From the NCBI GenBank assembly GCA_951406725.2, contig OX597834.1, forward strand, positions 32,736,001-32,800,000: DNA of 64,000 nt, read 5' to 3'. The translations under genes were made by a program, and so were the position numbers. The DNA comes from Octopus vulgaris. Taxonomy: Eukaryota. The notes beneath the pieces were generated by a model. That model had not been told where the DNA came from. It was given only the letters and a program-made list of their open reading frames with translations, and did not search any database. Numbering within the stretch: the stretch's first letter is position 1; every line of letters begins with the position of its first letter. Positions 24,463 through 37,092 of the stretch are shown piece after piece.

Positions 24463-24859
24463 TTCTTTTACTCGTTTCAGCAATTTGACTGCGGCCGTGC
24501 TCGAGCACTACCTTAAAGGGTTCTTTTAGTCGAACAAATCGACTTCAGGACTTATTCTTTGTAAGTCTAGTATTTATTCTATCGGTCTATTTTGCCGAAC
24601 CGCTAGGTTACGGCGACGTAAACACACCAACATTAGTTGTCAAGCGATGGTGGGAGAACAAACATACACACACACATAAATATATACACATATACGACAG
24701 GCTTCTTCCAGTTTCCGTCTACCAAATCCACTCACAAGGCTTTGGTCAGCCCAAGGCTATATAGTAGAAGGCACTTGCCCAAGATGTTACGCAGTGGGAC
24801 TGAACCTAAAACCATGTGATTGGGAAGCAGGCTTCTTACCACACAGCCACGCCTACGCC
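24463..24859 (-). mobile_element. SINE family A, full length
   Basis: Collinear with family A. Confidence 0.85.
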
Positions 24860-25020
24860 TATATATATATTTTTTATTTTATATCTTATTTATACCAGAC
24901 CAAAACAAATAGAAACAAAAAAAAACATTGGGGTCCATTTGTTCGAGTAAAGCCCGTCAAGGCGATGCTCCAGCATGGGCGCAGTCCAATGATTGAACAA
25001 GTAAAAGGAATAAAAAGATA

Positions 25021-25380
25021 GAGGAGTGGCTGTGTGGTAAGTAGCTTGATCGCCAACCACATGGTTTCGGGTTCAGTCCCACAGCGTGGCACCTTGGGCA
25101 AGTGTCTTTGGTAGACGGAAACTGAAAGTCCATCGTACATACATATATGTGTGTGTGTGTATGTGTGCTTGTGTTTCTTGCCATCATCGCTTGACAACCG
25201 ATGTTGGTGTGTTTACGTCTCCGTAACTTAGCGGTTCGGCAAAAGACACCGATGGGATAAGTACTAGGCTTACAAAGAATCAGTCCTCGCATCGGTTTGT
25301 TCGACTAAAAAAAAAAAAAGGCGGTGCTCCAGCATGGCCGCGGTCAAAATGAGTGAAACGAGTACAAGAATAAAAGAATG
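25021..25380 (+). mobile_element. SINE family A (small internal deletion), preceded by an extra 3' tail fragment
   Basis: Collinear with family A. Confidence 0.85.
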
Positions 25381-25653
25381 AAGTACAACCACGAAAACCT
25401 AAAACGAAAAGTTATCTGAGGTAGCCGCCAGGGGGGGGGGGACACGACGACACTCGAACAAGTGGCATGTAGTACGCATGCGCACCGAGTGGAAGAGAGA
25501 GTGAGAGAGAGAGAGAATCATCATCATCGTCACATGACTCTTGCCTATGTATGATTACATAAATAAACACAAACACACAGACACATGAATTCGCACATGA
25601 CTGTCATGTGGCTTCTTGGTACGGTCTGTAGTTATATACACACAAACTCTCTC

Positions 25654-25719
<66 letters not shown>

Positions 25720-25777
25720 CACAACCTCGCCTTTATCTCCTACTTTCTCACTCTACTTAGATCTCTCTCTCTCTCTA

Positions 25778-25810
<33 letters not shown>

Positions 25811-25997
25811 TAAATAAATGTATACTATAAAACATATCTCTGACACTTTTATATTCAGAGTTACACACCCTCCCCCTCCCTTTCACACTCTGAAATATAT
25901 ATTATATACACACGATTACACTTAGTTTATATACCTTCCCATATATATATACATACATACATATATACATACATATATATATATATATATACACATT

Positions 25998-26370
25998 TAT
26001 TTTGTTTCAGCCATTTGGCAGCGGCCATGCTGAGCACCGCCTTTAGTGGAACAAATCGACCCCAGGACTTACTCTCTGTAAGCCTAGTACTTATTCTATC
26101 GGTCTCTTTTGCCAAACCGCCAAGTTACGGGTGACGTAAACACACCAACATCGGTTGTCAAGCGATGGCGGAAGGAGAAACACAGGCAGACAAACGTATA
26201 CATATATATACAACGGGCTTCTTTCAGTCTCCGTCTAACGTATCCACTCACAAGGCTTCGGTCGGCCCGAGGCTATAGTAGAAGACGCCAAAGGTGCCAC
26301 GCAGTGGAACTGAACTCAGAACCATGTGGTTGGTAAGCAGGCTTCTTACCACACAGCCACTCCTGCGCCT
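25998..26370 (-). mobile_element. SINE family A, full length
   Basis: Collinear with family A. Confidence 0.85.
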
Positions 26371-26427
26371 ATAAATTATATACACACAACTACACAACTT
26401 TGTTTATGTACCTTCCCTTCTCTCTGT

Positions 26428-26463
<36 letters not shown>

Positions 26464-26465
<2 letters not shown>

Positions 26466-26699
26466 GTGTTGGCCAAAAGTCACTTGACAATAAATCAAAA
26501 CCCATTCAATTCCAAGATTAAAACAAAAGATAATTTTATAGGAGACTCCGCCAATAGACAAAAGCTGAAAAAAACAAAACCGGTGATTTTTAACTCACAG
26601 CATTCAATTTTTTGGCATTCATAATTGGAATGAAGAAATAAAATTGAATATTGAGCAGTTATGTAAGATTTACTGTCGTGTGACTTTTGGCCAACCCTA
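26464..26699. mobile_element. Tc1-like MITE
   Basis: TIR CAGTGTTGGCCAAAAGTCAC / GTGACTTTTGGCCAACCCTA; TA on both flanks inside (TA)n. Confidence 0.85.
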
Positions 26700-26725
26700 T
26701 ATATATATATATGTGTGTGTGTGTG

Positions 26726-26877
26726 TGGCTGTGTGGTAAGTAGCTTGTTTACCAACCACATGGTTCCGGGTTCAGTCCCACTGCGTGGCACCTTGGGCAA
26801 GTGTCTTCTACTATAGCCTCTGGCCGACCAAAGCCTTGTGAGTGGATTTGGTAGACGGAAACTGAAAGAAGCCCGTC

Positions 26878-26930
<53 letters not shown>

Positions 26931-27145
26931 TGTGTGTGTCTGTGTTTGTCCCCCTAGCATTGCTTGACAACCGATGTTGGTGTGTTTACGTCCCCGTCAC
27001 TTAGCGGTTCGGCCAAAAGAGACCGATAGAATAAGTACTGGGCTTACAAAAAGAATAAGTCCCGGGGTCGAGTTGCTCGACTAAAGGCGGTGCTCCAGCA
27101 TGGCCGCAGTCAAATGACTGAAACAAGTAAAAGAGTAAAAAGAGT
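26726..27145 (+). mobile_element. SINE family A, near full length
   Basis: Collinear with family A. Confidence 0.9.
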
Positions 27146-27260
27146 ATATATACACACACAAACATATGCATGAATACATTCCAGATGAAAAAAGTTTAAC
27201 ACTCCCTCCATATCGTAAATCTGTGAGTTTATGTGAAGTAATGATACGTGCCACTCTCTC

Positions 27261-27293
<33 letters not shown>

Positions 27294-27309
27294 AAACACA
27301 CATTCACAT

Positions 27310-27500
27310 GGTTGGTGATGTTGTTTAACCCCAGGTCAACCATGAATCCACAGACTTATGATCAAAGGTAGTCCAACCTTGACCATGGAGTCATTTTTCT
27401 TTTTTTAGATATCTAAGTCTACGCTATCTAAGTGTCCTAGTTCCAAAGCAACAGAGGGCGACTGGTAAGAAATTTTATCTGCTATTTCTAGCAGAGCGAG
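27310..27500 (-). mobile_element. Old interspersed repeat family D (probable retroposon with (CAA)n tail)
   Basis: Motifs CCCAGGTCA..., ATGATCAAAGG and CTGCTATTTCTAGC recur at about 34100, 34790, 39130, 39480, 39790, 43390, 44120 and 49570-49770. Confidence 0.55.
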
Positions 27501-27591
27501 TCACACGTTATCATTGCTGTTTGGAATCCCAAACTGGCAATGTGTACATTGGACAACACTATCCAATGTATCCGTTATTGTTAAGACAATA

Positions 27592-27599
27592 AGACAGAC

Positions 27600-27690
<91 letters not shown>

Positions 27691-27695
27691 TAGGC

Positions 27696-27730
<35 letters not shown>

Positions 27731-27763
27731 TAGATAGACAGATAGACAGAAAGATAGACAGAC

Positions 27764-27834
<71 letters not shown>

Positions 27835-27860
27835 CAGACAGATAGATAGAGAGCTAGATA
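27592..27860. repeat. (GATA)n/(GACA)n microsatellite
   Basis: Direct reading. Confidence 0.95.
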
Positions 27861-27985
27861 GAATGAGGGAGATTTCGTTGCTATTTTTAGCATAACAGCT
27901 GTCCACTTAGAGGTTCGTATGTGCAACACTGTGACAGCGTACACGTGATAATATTTATATATGTATGGTGGTTTATGTAAAGGAG

Positions 27986-28017
<32 letters not shown>

Positions 28018-28298
28018 ATAGGTACGTGTGTGGTGCTGTATAGGTACGTGTGTGGTGCTGTATATATGAGGGAGTTATATCTGTGTGTGTGTGTATGCGA
28101 ATGCGTTGGTGCGTGTGTGCATGTGTGGCGGCGGGGCTGACAATGAAGTCGCAGTGCATGTGTACCGAAATGCGCGTGTAACGCCTGTGTGATAAAAATG
28201 TATGCTATGGAAGCACATACAAGATATATCGACACGAAATAAACAGGATATGTCATAGCAACGTGTACTTAGCATGAACAGCACAGCTGTGACTTTAA

Positions 28299-28353
28299 AC
28301 ACCATACCTTTATCTATCTATCCATCTATCTATCTATACTCATTACATATATG

Positions 28354-28398
<45 letters not shown>

Positions 28399-28419
28399 AT
28401 GTATATATATATATATATG

Positions 28420-28506
<87 letters not shown>

Positions 28507-28602
28507 ATGTATATATATATATATATGAATATATATATATGTATATATATATATACATATATGTAATGAGTATAGATAGATAGATAGACAGATAAAGGTA
28601 TG

Positions 28603-28606
<4 letters not shown>
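28299..28606. repeat. Inverted repeat (about 55-bp arms) enclosing (TA)n
   Basis: ACACCATACCTTTATCT...TATACTCATTACATATATG mirrored at 28553-28606. Confidence 0.8.
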
Positions 28607-28657
<51 letters not shown>

Positions 28658-28749
28658 CACGTATGTATGTATGTAAAACACCTGCATGTTGATACATCTG
28701 CAGGTAAAATACATCACGTTTCCTTATAAACATATGACGTCTTCACGTG

Positions 28750-28787
<38 letters not shown>

Positions 28788-28803
28788 CACGCACATACAT
28801 ACA

Positions 28804-28835
<32 letters not shown>

Positions 28836-28967
28836 CATACATATACACATTATACAACAGGTAAATCGTGTATATACAGACACATAAACACATCTGTTTA
28901 TAAACATTTACGTTTGATTGCCCGTGTATGTATATATACCGTATGCATATATACCTACCTATGTAAG

Positions 28968-29005
<38 letters not shown>

Positions 29006-29535
29006 GTACATATGTATGTACATAAATATTCACACACACGATGAACTCAGTGATGGTATTTCTAAATTTTTACAGCTTCATAATTTCTTTTATATTATTC
29101 TGACACAAGTATTGAGTTCTTTGTGCGCGCACACACAAACACACACGATATCTTATAACGATTTGTTACGAAACAAATGCGTATGTTCGTTCACTCATGA
29201 ACGTCTGTGTCTAAAGACAACGTGTAAATGTGTACACATGCCGACAAAGAAACTATTCTCATGTACATATTGCTCACGTAATCAAAGCATTTCCGTGCGA
29301 ACATATGAACGTGCACACACACACACACACACACACACTTAAATCTTGAAACAGCGTTGAGTTTCAGGTTTTAACTTATTAACTCAACAACACACACACG
29401 CGCGTGTGTGTGTGTGTGTGTTATATGCATATATTTGTGTATGACAGTATGTATGTGTGTGCAATTGTTTTCTCTTAACGTTTGCAAACTGTAAAGCATA
29501 CACATATTCTCTAATACACACACACACACTTTAAT

Positions 29536-29631
29536 TGAATAAAAGCATATTACTCTACCTTTGGTATTCGAGTACTATTTTTTCCAACCTTGTTTTGCAT
29601 TTATATACTTATTTCTGTGTGTATGTGTGTG

Positions 29632-29663
<32 letters not shown>

Positions 29664-29821
29664 CTTTATTTGTTAACAAAACTGTCCGACGAACGGGAAC
29701 GTGAAACTCCGAGTAACACGTTTTGTTGAATTTCTGCTGCTTTTAAATAAAGCATATTACTCTACCCCTGGTATTTGAGTGCTCTTTTTTCCACCTTGTT
29801 TCACATTTATGTGTTTACTCC

Positions 29822-29823
<2 letters not shown>
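29536..29823 (+). mobile_element. Penelope-like terminal fragments, family H2 (partial tandem)
   Basis: AATAAA(A)GCATATTACTCTACC..TGGTATT.GAGT.CT.TTTTTCCA occurs at about 29538 and 29746, and inverted at about 62420-62540. Confidence 0.6.
29675..29727 (+). ncRNA. Type I hammerhead ribozyme motif (H2)
   Basis: AACAAAACTGT-CCGACGA-ACG(GGAA)CGT-GAAA-CTCCGAG-TA-ACAcGTTTTGTT: 11-bp helix I with one bulge, GNRA-capped helix II, GUA cleavage triplet. Confidence 0.75.
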
Positions 29824-29880
<57 letters not shown>

Positions 29881-30473
29881 GTGTGTGTGTGTGTGTGTGT
29901 GTGAATGGCACAATAGCTGTCACTGTTTTCAAAGTGGGTTCCAAACTCTTGATATCAGCCGGTTATTGTTATTGAAAAGAGATGCATGTATGCATACATA
30001 TACACGCATGCAAATACATACTAATATATATGCATTCATATACATACATATATGCATACACATTACATATGTACACGAAAGACGGCATAATATAGTTTTA
30101 TATTTTGGCACAACGCCGGCAATTTCGGGCGAGGGGACAAATCGATTACATCGACCCTGGTGTTCAGCTGGTACTTATTTTATCGACCCCCGAAAGTATG
30201 AAAGTGAAAGTCGACTTCGACTGCGAATGACAACATAATATCGAACAGATTATCCAAAACTAATGAAGATAAACAAAAACCTAATTTGGAGACAAGAATC
30301 TTTGAAAGTTAGGAAGATGTAAAGACGAAGGGAGTATTGTTGTCTTGTATTTACCAATACAGCAAAAAGACTCAATGGAATTGGCACGTAATATCGACAG
30401 CACAGTAACAAAGTTATAGAAGGGGGGGAAAAAAGCTTTTTGTTTCCTGTTTATTCAACCTTCCATACTAGCA

Positions 30474-30835
30474 GGCGCAGGTGTAACAAGTTTGCGGGTT
30501 CAATCCCACTGCGAGGCGCCTTGAGTAAAAGTCTTCTACTATAGTCTCCGGCCGACTAAAGGCTTGTGAGTAAATTCGGTTGATGGAAACTGAAAGAAGC
30601 CCGTCGTCTATGTGTGTGTGTGTGCATGTGTTCGTTTGTCCCTCACCACCGCTGATCAACCGGTGTTGGTTTGTTTATGGCTCTGCAACATAGCGGTTCG
30701 GCATAAGAAACCGATAGAATAACTACCAAGCTTAGAACGAACATAAGTACTGAGGCCCATTCGTTCGATGAAAACCCTTCAAAGATGTGCCCCAGTATGG
30801 TCGCAGCCCATTGATTGAAACAAGTAAAAGATAAA
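30474..30835 (+). mobile_element. SINE family A, diverged
   Basis: Collinear with family A. Confidence 0.75.
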
Positions 30836-30991
30836 ATGATTGTGTGTCTGTGTGTGTGAGAGAGAGAGAGAGAGAGATCTGTATGCGTGCGTTTGTGTAT
30901 GTGTGTATATATATATATATATATGAGATGAGTGCTTGCTTATGCATACATCCAAACAAGATACTCAGAGTAACGTTTAAGTTCCAGTTTG

Positions 30992-31132
30992 AGTAGCGAA
31001 GCTATGGGATTGGGGGCAGTCCGCCCCGGACGACGCTCTTGTGGGTGCGATACTTTTTGGGTCTGTTGTATAAATCCTGTGTTAAACTGGGACCCGTTTG
31101 GAAAATTCAAGGACTGCCCTCGCTACGCCACT
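30992..31132. mobile_element. Small MITE with AGTGGCGTAGC-type TIR (PIF/Harbinger-like)
   Basis: AGTAGCGAAGC at left, GCTACGCCACT at right; internal GGGCAGTCC / GGACTGCCC. Confidence 0.5.
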
Positions 31133-32089
31133 ATTCATTCAGGCTCTGTTAAATTTTGGACATCGTCGTTCGGTTTTATTATTCTTGGCAAAGGTTGGAC
31201 GGATCTCAGTTAAGACCCGTCATCTTCAGACACACCACCACCACCAACGTAGAAAACCAACCAGCCGCGTAGTCGTGGATGTTTCACACTAACAACTTGG
31301 GGTTATTTCATAACGTCACCCACAAAAGTAAGAGAGTTTGGTTCTGCAACCCCTAAAATCCTTTTCTAACCTTTAAACAAACTTGAGGCTTCCTCATACA
31401 GTTAGCCTACAATACGGCTTTTTAGAGGCGGGCGCTAGCGTGATTTTTATGGCTTGATGGCCTTCCTAAATGCAACTACTTTACATCGTGCTCTGAGTAC
31501 ATTTATCGTGTTACAAGTGCTTGAGAAGTCACCCTGGGTAAATAAAGTGTCCTCTGACCCGTTTAAGTTCTTATTGCGAGTTATTCTGCCATTCCTCCGA
31601 GACGAGCAGCCTGCGATCGAACTCGTGGCGTCCACAATACAGATGGGTATACGTGTATAAGTGCATACGAACGTATATTACATACGTACACATCTGTACA
31701 TACATACACAAATGTAAATATATACATACATAAGCATACATACGCACGTTTATATACATACATATACACAGTATGCATACACATGCAAATATACATTCAT
31801 ACATACATAAACAAATATATATATATATATATATATCTACACGTGCATACCTAGGAATATTTACGTATACATACGTACAAACATACATACATACAAACAT
31901 ATACACCGTATACATACACATGCAAATATAGGTACGTATACATACATACATGCATAAACAAATATATATATACACCTACAAATGCATACCTAGGAATATT
32001 TACGTATACATACATACATACATACATACATACACACAGGTGAGTATATATGCATACATAGGTACACATACAGAAATACGTATACATAC

Positions 32090-32131
<42 letters not shown>

Positions 32132-32867
32132 TAATTCTATGTGCCTTTCCCGCCCTCCACTCCATACTGGCAGGGTTTGGAAGAGGTCGCAGTGTCTCAC
32201 TAACTCCGTTTACAAGTCCTACGTATCGCCGCCACAAACCGTGGACCTCCTGCTGTTGTCTACGTAACCAGTGTGTGTGTACGTGTGTATGTGTGTGTGT
32301 GTGGTTATTGTATGCCTACCTGTGTGGTGTTGGCGGAGTGGTCGGAGTACATATGCACCGATATGCTTGTGTTCTGGACTGATGTAATGTGATACAGCGA
32401 ATATATCGAAACAAGAAGAAGAAGAAGAAAAGAAAAACCTCGGTGGACGTATTTAAGAATATAAAGACGGGATGTCCGATAAAAACATGGCTACGTGGGG
32501 AAAATTGATTGGGTTGGTTGGCTGACTATCTGGCTGGCTACCAACACTCGCATCACGAGTTCAAATCCCACCGTATGCTTTTTAGACGAAAACATTTCAT
32601 TTCTAACTGCCTCACGTCGCCTAGATACCAAAGACTGATTTTTTTTCTCTTCTTTGGAAAGGTCAAATAGGTGCAAGATCACCCATTGATGGCTACCCCT
32701 GCTCTAATAGCGTATGGTCAAGCAAGTAGTTAAAGAGTTACCGTACTAACCCGTAGATGGATGACAGAAATATACATACACACACAGGTATATACAGAAG
32801 TATGTTTATACACAAGTGTGTATATACATACATATATATGTGTATGTCAGACAAGCGATATTGAGTC

Positions 32868-32904
<37 letters not shown>

Positions 32905-32914
32905 TTAATTCTTT

Positions 32915-33096
32915 CTGCTGTTGGCACAAAGACTGAAATGTTGGTGGGAAGGGCTATAGTCGATTATACCAACCCCAGTGCTCGACTGGCACTTTGGGTT
33001 AGCGACCCCACAAGGATGAAAAGCAAAGCTGACCTTGGCGGAATTTGAACTAAGAACATGTAGAGCCGAAAGAGATACCGCTAAGCATTTTGTCCG
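32915..33096 (-). mobile_element. SINE family B, diverged
   Basis: AAGGATGAAAAGCAAAGCTGACCTTGGCGGAATTTGAACT. Confidence 0.7.
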
Positions 33097-33105
33097 ACTC
33101 ACCTC

Positions 33106-33182
<77 letters not shown>

Positions 33183-33684
33183 GTGGTCCCAGTATGGCCA
33201 CAGTCAAATGACTGAAACATGCAAAATACACACACACGACATCGTGGAAGAGTCATTTTCACCTTTAACACAAAAATTACATCTAATCGTTTATTTTAAT
33301 AGTCCAATCTCTATCTATCTCTATCTCTCTCACACACATCCATCCATCAATGCAGTGCCTCTTAATTCATTTTATCTCACATCCCACTTCGAATTTAAAA
33401 AAAAAAATGCACCCCACCTATCACCCCAAATAGGTGTGCCGAAAGGTACAACACGTTATCAAAAGTTCTCGGCGAGGCAGAACAGCTCCACACTCCCCAA
33501 CTCCTCTCTCCGTCGTGGTTGGACAATCCAATATCTCCCCACAATTCCACTGAACGGGGGGACCGCGCGCCAAGAAGTTTTTAACTAAAATCTTACCAGG
33601 TTTATTCACTTCTTGCTAATATTGTCCCATTCGAAAGTACTGCACCGAGAAAAAACTGCATTAACGGTTATACAGGTATTTGTT

Positions 33685-33863
33685 CTTTTTCCCACTTGTT
33701 TCAGTCATTAAACTGCGGCTATGCTGGGGCACCGCCTAGAAGAATTTTTAGTCGAATGAATCAAGCTGAGTACTTATTTTATTTTCAAGCCAGGTACTTA
33801 TTCTATCGGATCCTCTTGCCGAACCACTAAGTTACGAGGACAAGAACGTTGTCAAGAGGTGGT

Positions 33864-33896
<33 letters not shown>

Positions 33897-34031
33897 GTGG
33901 TCTTCTTTCGTCTACCAAATTCACTCACAAGTCTTTGGTCAGCCCGAAGCTATAGAAAAAAAGACAGCTGCCCAAAGTGCCACGTAGTGGGATTGAACCT
34001 GGAACCATGTGGTTGAGTAGCAAGCTTCTTA

Positions 34032-34035
<4 letters not shown>
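33685..34035 (-). mobile_element. SINE family A, diverged
   Basis: Collinear with family A. Confidence 0.8.
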
Positions 34036-34065
<30 letters not shown>

Positions 34066-34164
34066 ATCAAAGAGGGAAAGGGAGACTTTTCGCCGAAACT
34101 GGTTAGAAATAACAGCCAAACATATTTAAAACACACTGTGTAAAAGATAATAATAATAATAATA

Positions 34165-34352
34165 ATGGTTTCAAATTTTGTCAGAAAGGCAGCAATTTCG
34201 GCGGAGGGGGATGAGTCGATTACATCGACCCCAGTGTTTAACTGGTACTTATTTTATCGATCCCGGAAGGATGAAAGGCAAAGTCAACCCCTTCGGAATT
34301 TGAACTCAGAACGTAAGGACGGACGAAATGCCGCTAAGCATTTCGTCCAGCT
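34165..34352 (-). mobile_element. SINE family B (alternative tail)
   Basis: Core match; plus strand begins GGTTTCAAATTTTG after (AAT)n. Confidence 0.8.
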
Positions 34353-34969
34353 TAATAATATTTTTTTCTAGTTTTGGCACAAGGCCAGCAATTGGGTAGG
34401 GTTATTCAATTCAGTCGACCCCGGGAGGATGAAATAATGCGCTTGTCAAGCACTTACGACGTATTCGATAACATACATCACACACACACACACACATATA
34501 TATAAAACATACACACATATACATATATATATATATACGTACATACATAAACACACACATACATATATATACACACACATACATATGTACATACACACAT
34601 ACATTACATTCATATACACACACACACATACACACACACACACACATACATACATATGTACATACACGCATACATTACATTCATATACACACACACACAT
34701 ATATACACATACATATCTACATAACGCCTGCATTGAAAGACGAGATTGTCACAGCTGCAACTTGTTTGATTTATAGCTGTGCAGGATCCAGGCTGACCTA
34801 GGGCTAAAAAAACATAACATCAACAACATTTATGACTAAGCTGTTAGGAGTTTGATTGGTTGAAACGATTTCGAATCAGCGACGTCAGAGGAGGAGAAGG
34901 AAACAAGATGATGAGTATAGAAGAAGAGAAACACAAACACCGCAGATATAAACACCACAACATCTGCAT

Positions 34970-35597
34970 CATAGATTCTTGACCATTTTTTCACCCACGG
35001 CACCCTTTGTTTCCTGCCTTACTCTAATGAACCCGCATATTTTTTTTATGTTAAATATTATAAGGAACTGCAAAAAAAAAAAATTGCCGCAGGAATGGCT
35101 GTGTGGTAAGTAGCTTGCTAACCAACCACATGGTTCCGGGTTCAGTCCCACTGCGTGGCATCTTGGGCAAGTGTCTTCTGCTATAGCCTCAGGCCGACCA
35201 ATGCCTTGTGAGTGGATTTGGTAGATGGAAACTGAAAGAAGCCTGTCGTATATATGTATATATATATATATATATGTGTGTGTTTGTGTGTCTGTGTTTG
35301 TCCCCTAGCATTGCTTGACAACCGATGCTGGTGTGTGTACGTCCCCGTCACTTAGCGGTTCGGCAAAAGAGACCGATAGAATAAGTACTGGGCTTACAAA
35401 GACTAAGTCCCGGGGTCGATTTGCTCGACTAAAGGCGGTGCTCCAGCATGGCCGCAGTCAAATGACTGAAACAAGTAAAAGAGTAAAAGAGAGAGAGAGT
35501 AAGTATTGCTTGTGTATTGGAGAAGTATGTATAAGTAATTTATTGCAGTTAAACTTTGACAACAAAATCTTATATGGACCCCGGTTAAGAACCCCTG
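34970..35597. mobile_element. hAT-like MITE interrupted by SINE A
   Basis: Ends TATGGACCCCGGTTAAGAACCCCTG; internal similarity to 4907-5492. Confidence 0.55.
35087..35500 (+). mobile_element. SINE family A, full length
   Basis: Near-identical to family A. Confidence 0.9.
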
Positions 35598-35609
35598 ATC
35601 TCCATAAAC

Positions 35610-35930
35610 CTGTTCGATAAAGGTTATAAGGGGGGGATTATACTGGTGTTACTCATGAGACGGGGGTCTGAGAAGGTTGAAAAGGGCCCTCTTAATGCTT
35701 GTTTAAGTAAGATGGGAAAAGGTGTGAGTCAAAAAAATTTTTTTTATGGAAAACAAGAGACGTCTATACCCGAACTGTTCGATAAAGGTTATATGGGGGG
35801 ATTATACTCATTAGACGGGGGTCTGAGAAGGTTGAAAAGGGTCCTCTAATGCTTGTTTAAGTAAGATGGGAAAAGGTGTGAGTCAAAAAAATTTTTTTTA
35901 ATGGAAAACAAGAGACGTCTATACCCGAAA
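35610..35930. repeat. Tandem duplication, unit about 160 bp
   Basis: CTGTTCGATAAAGGTTAT...GAGACGTCTATACCCGAA at 35610-35774 and 35775-35930. Confidence 0.9.
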
Positions 35931-35931
35931 C

Positions 35932-36990
35932 AGACTTGACATAAATTCAACTCCGGAACCGGGTGGCCTTTCAAGCTCAGCTAAATAACATTCTGAAACA
36001 GTGATTTTCTGTACAGAAGGGGAGGGGTAGTTCAATTGTTACTGGGTGCAGGTATAACGGGGTAGAAATTTTCATCTGGCCTTTAATATTTGATAAGATA
36101 TGGGTGCAGAAAAAAAAAAAAAAAACTGTCTTTTTTGTTGCCTACAAAGACTTGACACAATTTCAGTCCCAGGACCGGGTGGCCTTTCAGTCTCTCCTAA
36201 ATAACATTTTGCAACAGAAACAGCAGAAGGGGAGAGGCAGTTTAATCGTTACCGGATGCAGCTATGAACGGGTGCTAAAATTTCATATGACCTATCCTAT
36301 AAAATGCCGTCTTCTTTGCTCACAACTTAACTTGATACAAAACTCGACTCCAGAGCCGGGTGGCCTTCCGAGCTCTCTTATATCGTATTCATACAACAGA
36401 GGCGAAGCATCGCGGGTGGGTGGAGGTGGAGGGATGAAGGATGGGGAGCGGTTTAATCACCATCAGGTGCAACTATAAAAGGATTGCGAAAATCAAAAAT
36501 TAATATGCCGGTGGGGTGTCAAAATTGTCTTAGTCCACCCCGAGGCTGGGGAAGGGGCACTGATGCTATTTTTGCTAATATTTTTAAAATATCCTCACAG
36601 AGTTTTTTTTTTTTTTTTTTTTGTAGATGCCTGACAATCCATAATGACGCAGCAATAACACCAAGTTGACAGAGCAGCTCTGAAAAGGGTGCTTAAGTTT
36701 CATATGACCTCTCCCTGTAAAATGTCTTGTTTTTGCTGACAAATTAACTCGATAACTTGATAACTCGACTCCACAACCGGGTGGCCTTCCGAGTCTTGCT
36801 ATACCACATTTTACAACAGAGACGAAACATCGAAGGGAGGAGGGTAGCAGTTCAGTTGTCATCGAGGGCAGATACGAATTGAGTGCAAAATCAAATTTTC
36901 ATCAGGTTTGTTGTGTAAAGACGAGGGTGCCAGAATTGTCTTAGTCCACCCCGGGTCACTGAGGGTATTTTTGCTAATATTTCCAAAAAA
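35932..36990. repeat. Degenerate complex tandem repeat (about 200-bp monomer, about 415-bp higher-order unit)
   Basis: CCGGGTGGCCTT at 35959, 36175, 36356 and 36777; AATTGTCTTAGTCCACCC at 36523 and 36934; TTTCATATGACCT at 36281 and 36698. Confidence 0.75.
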
Positions 36991-37092
36991 TATTCTCATA
37001 ACGACTGAAAGAGACAACAGCGACACCCGGTTGATAGAGCGGAACAATAAAAACAATAGTAGAGCCAGCCACCCGTAATACATTTCATAGAT

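Noticed and set aside
35932-36990. Regularly recurring CCGGGTGGCCTT as a CRISPR-like array
   Set aside because: Intervening sequences are homologous to each other and 170-400 bp long; eukaryotic context, no cas genes
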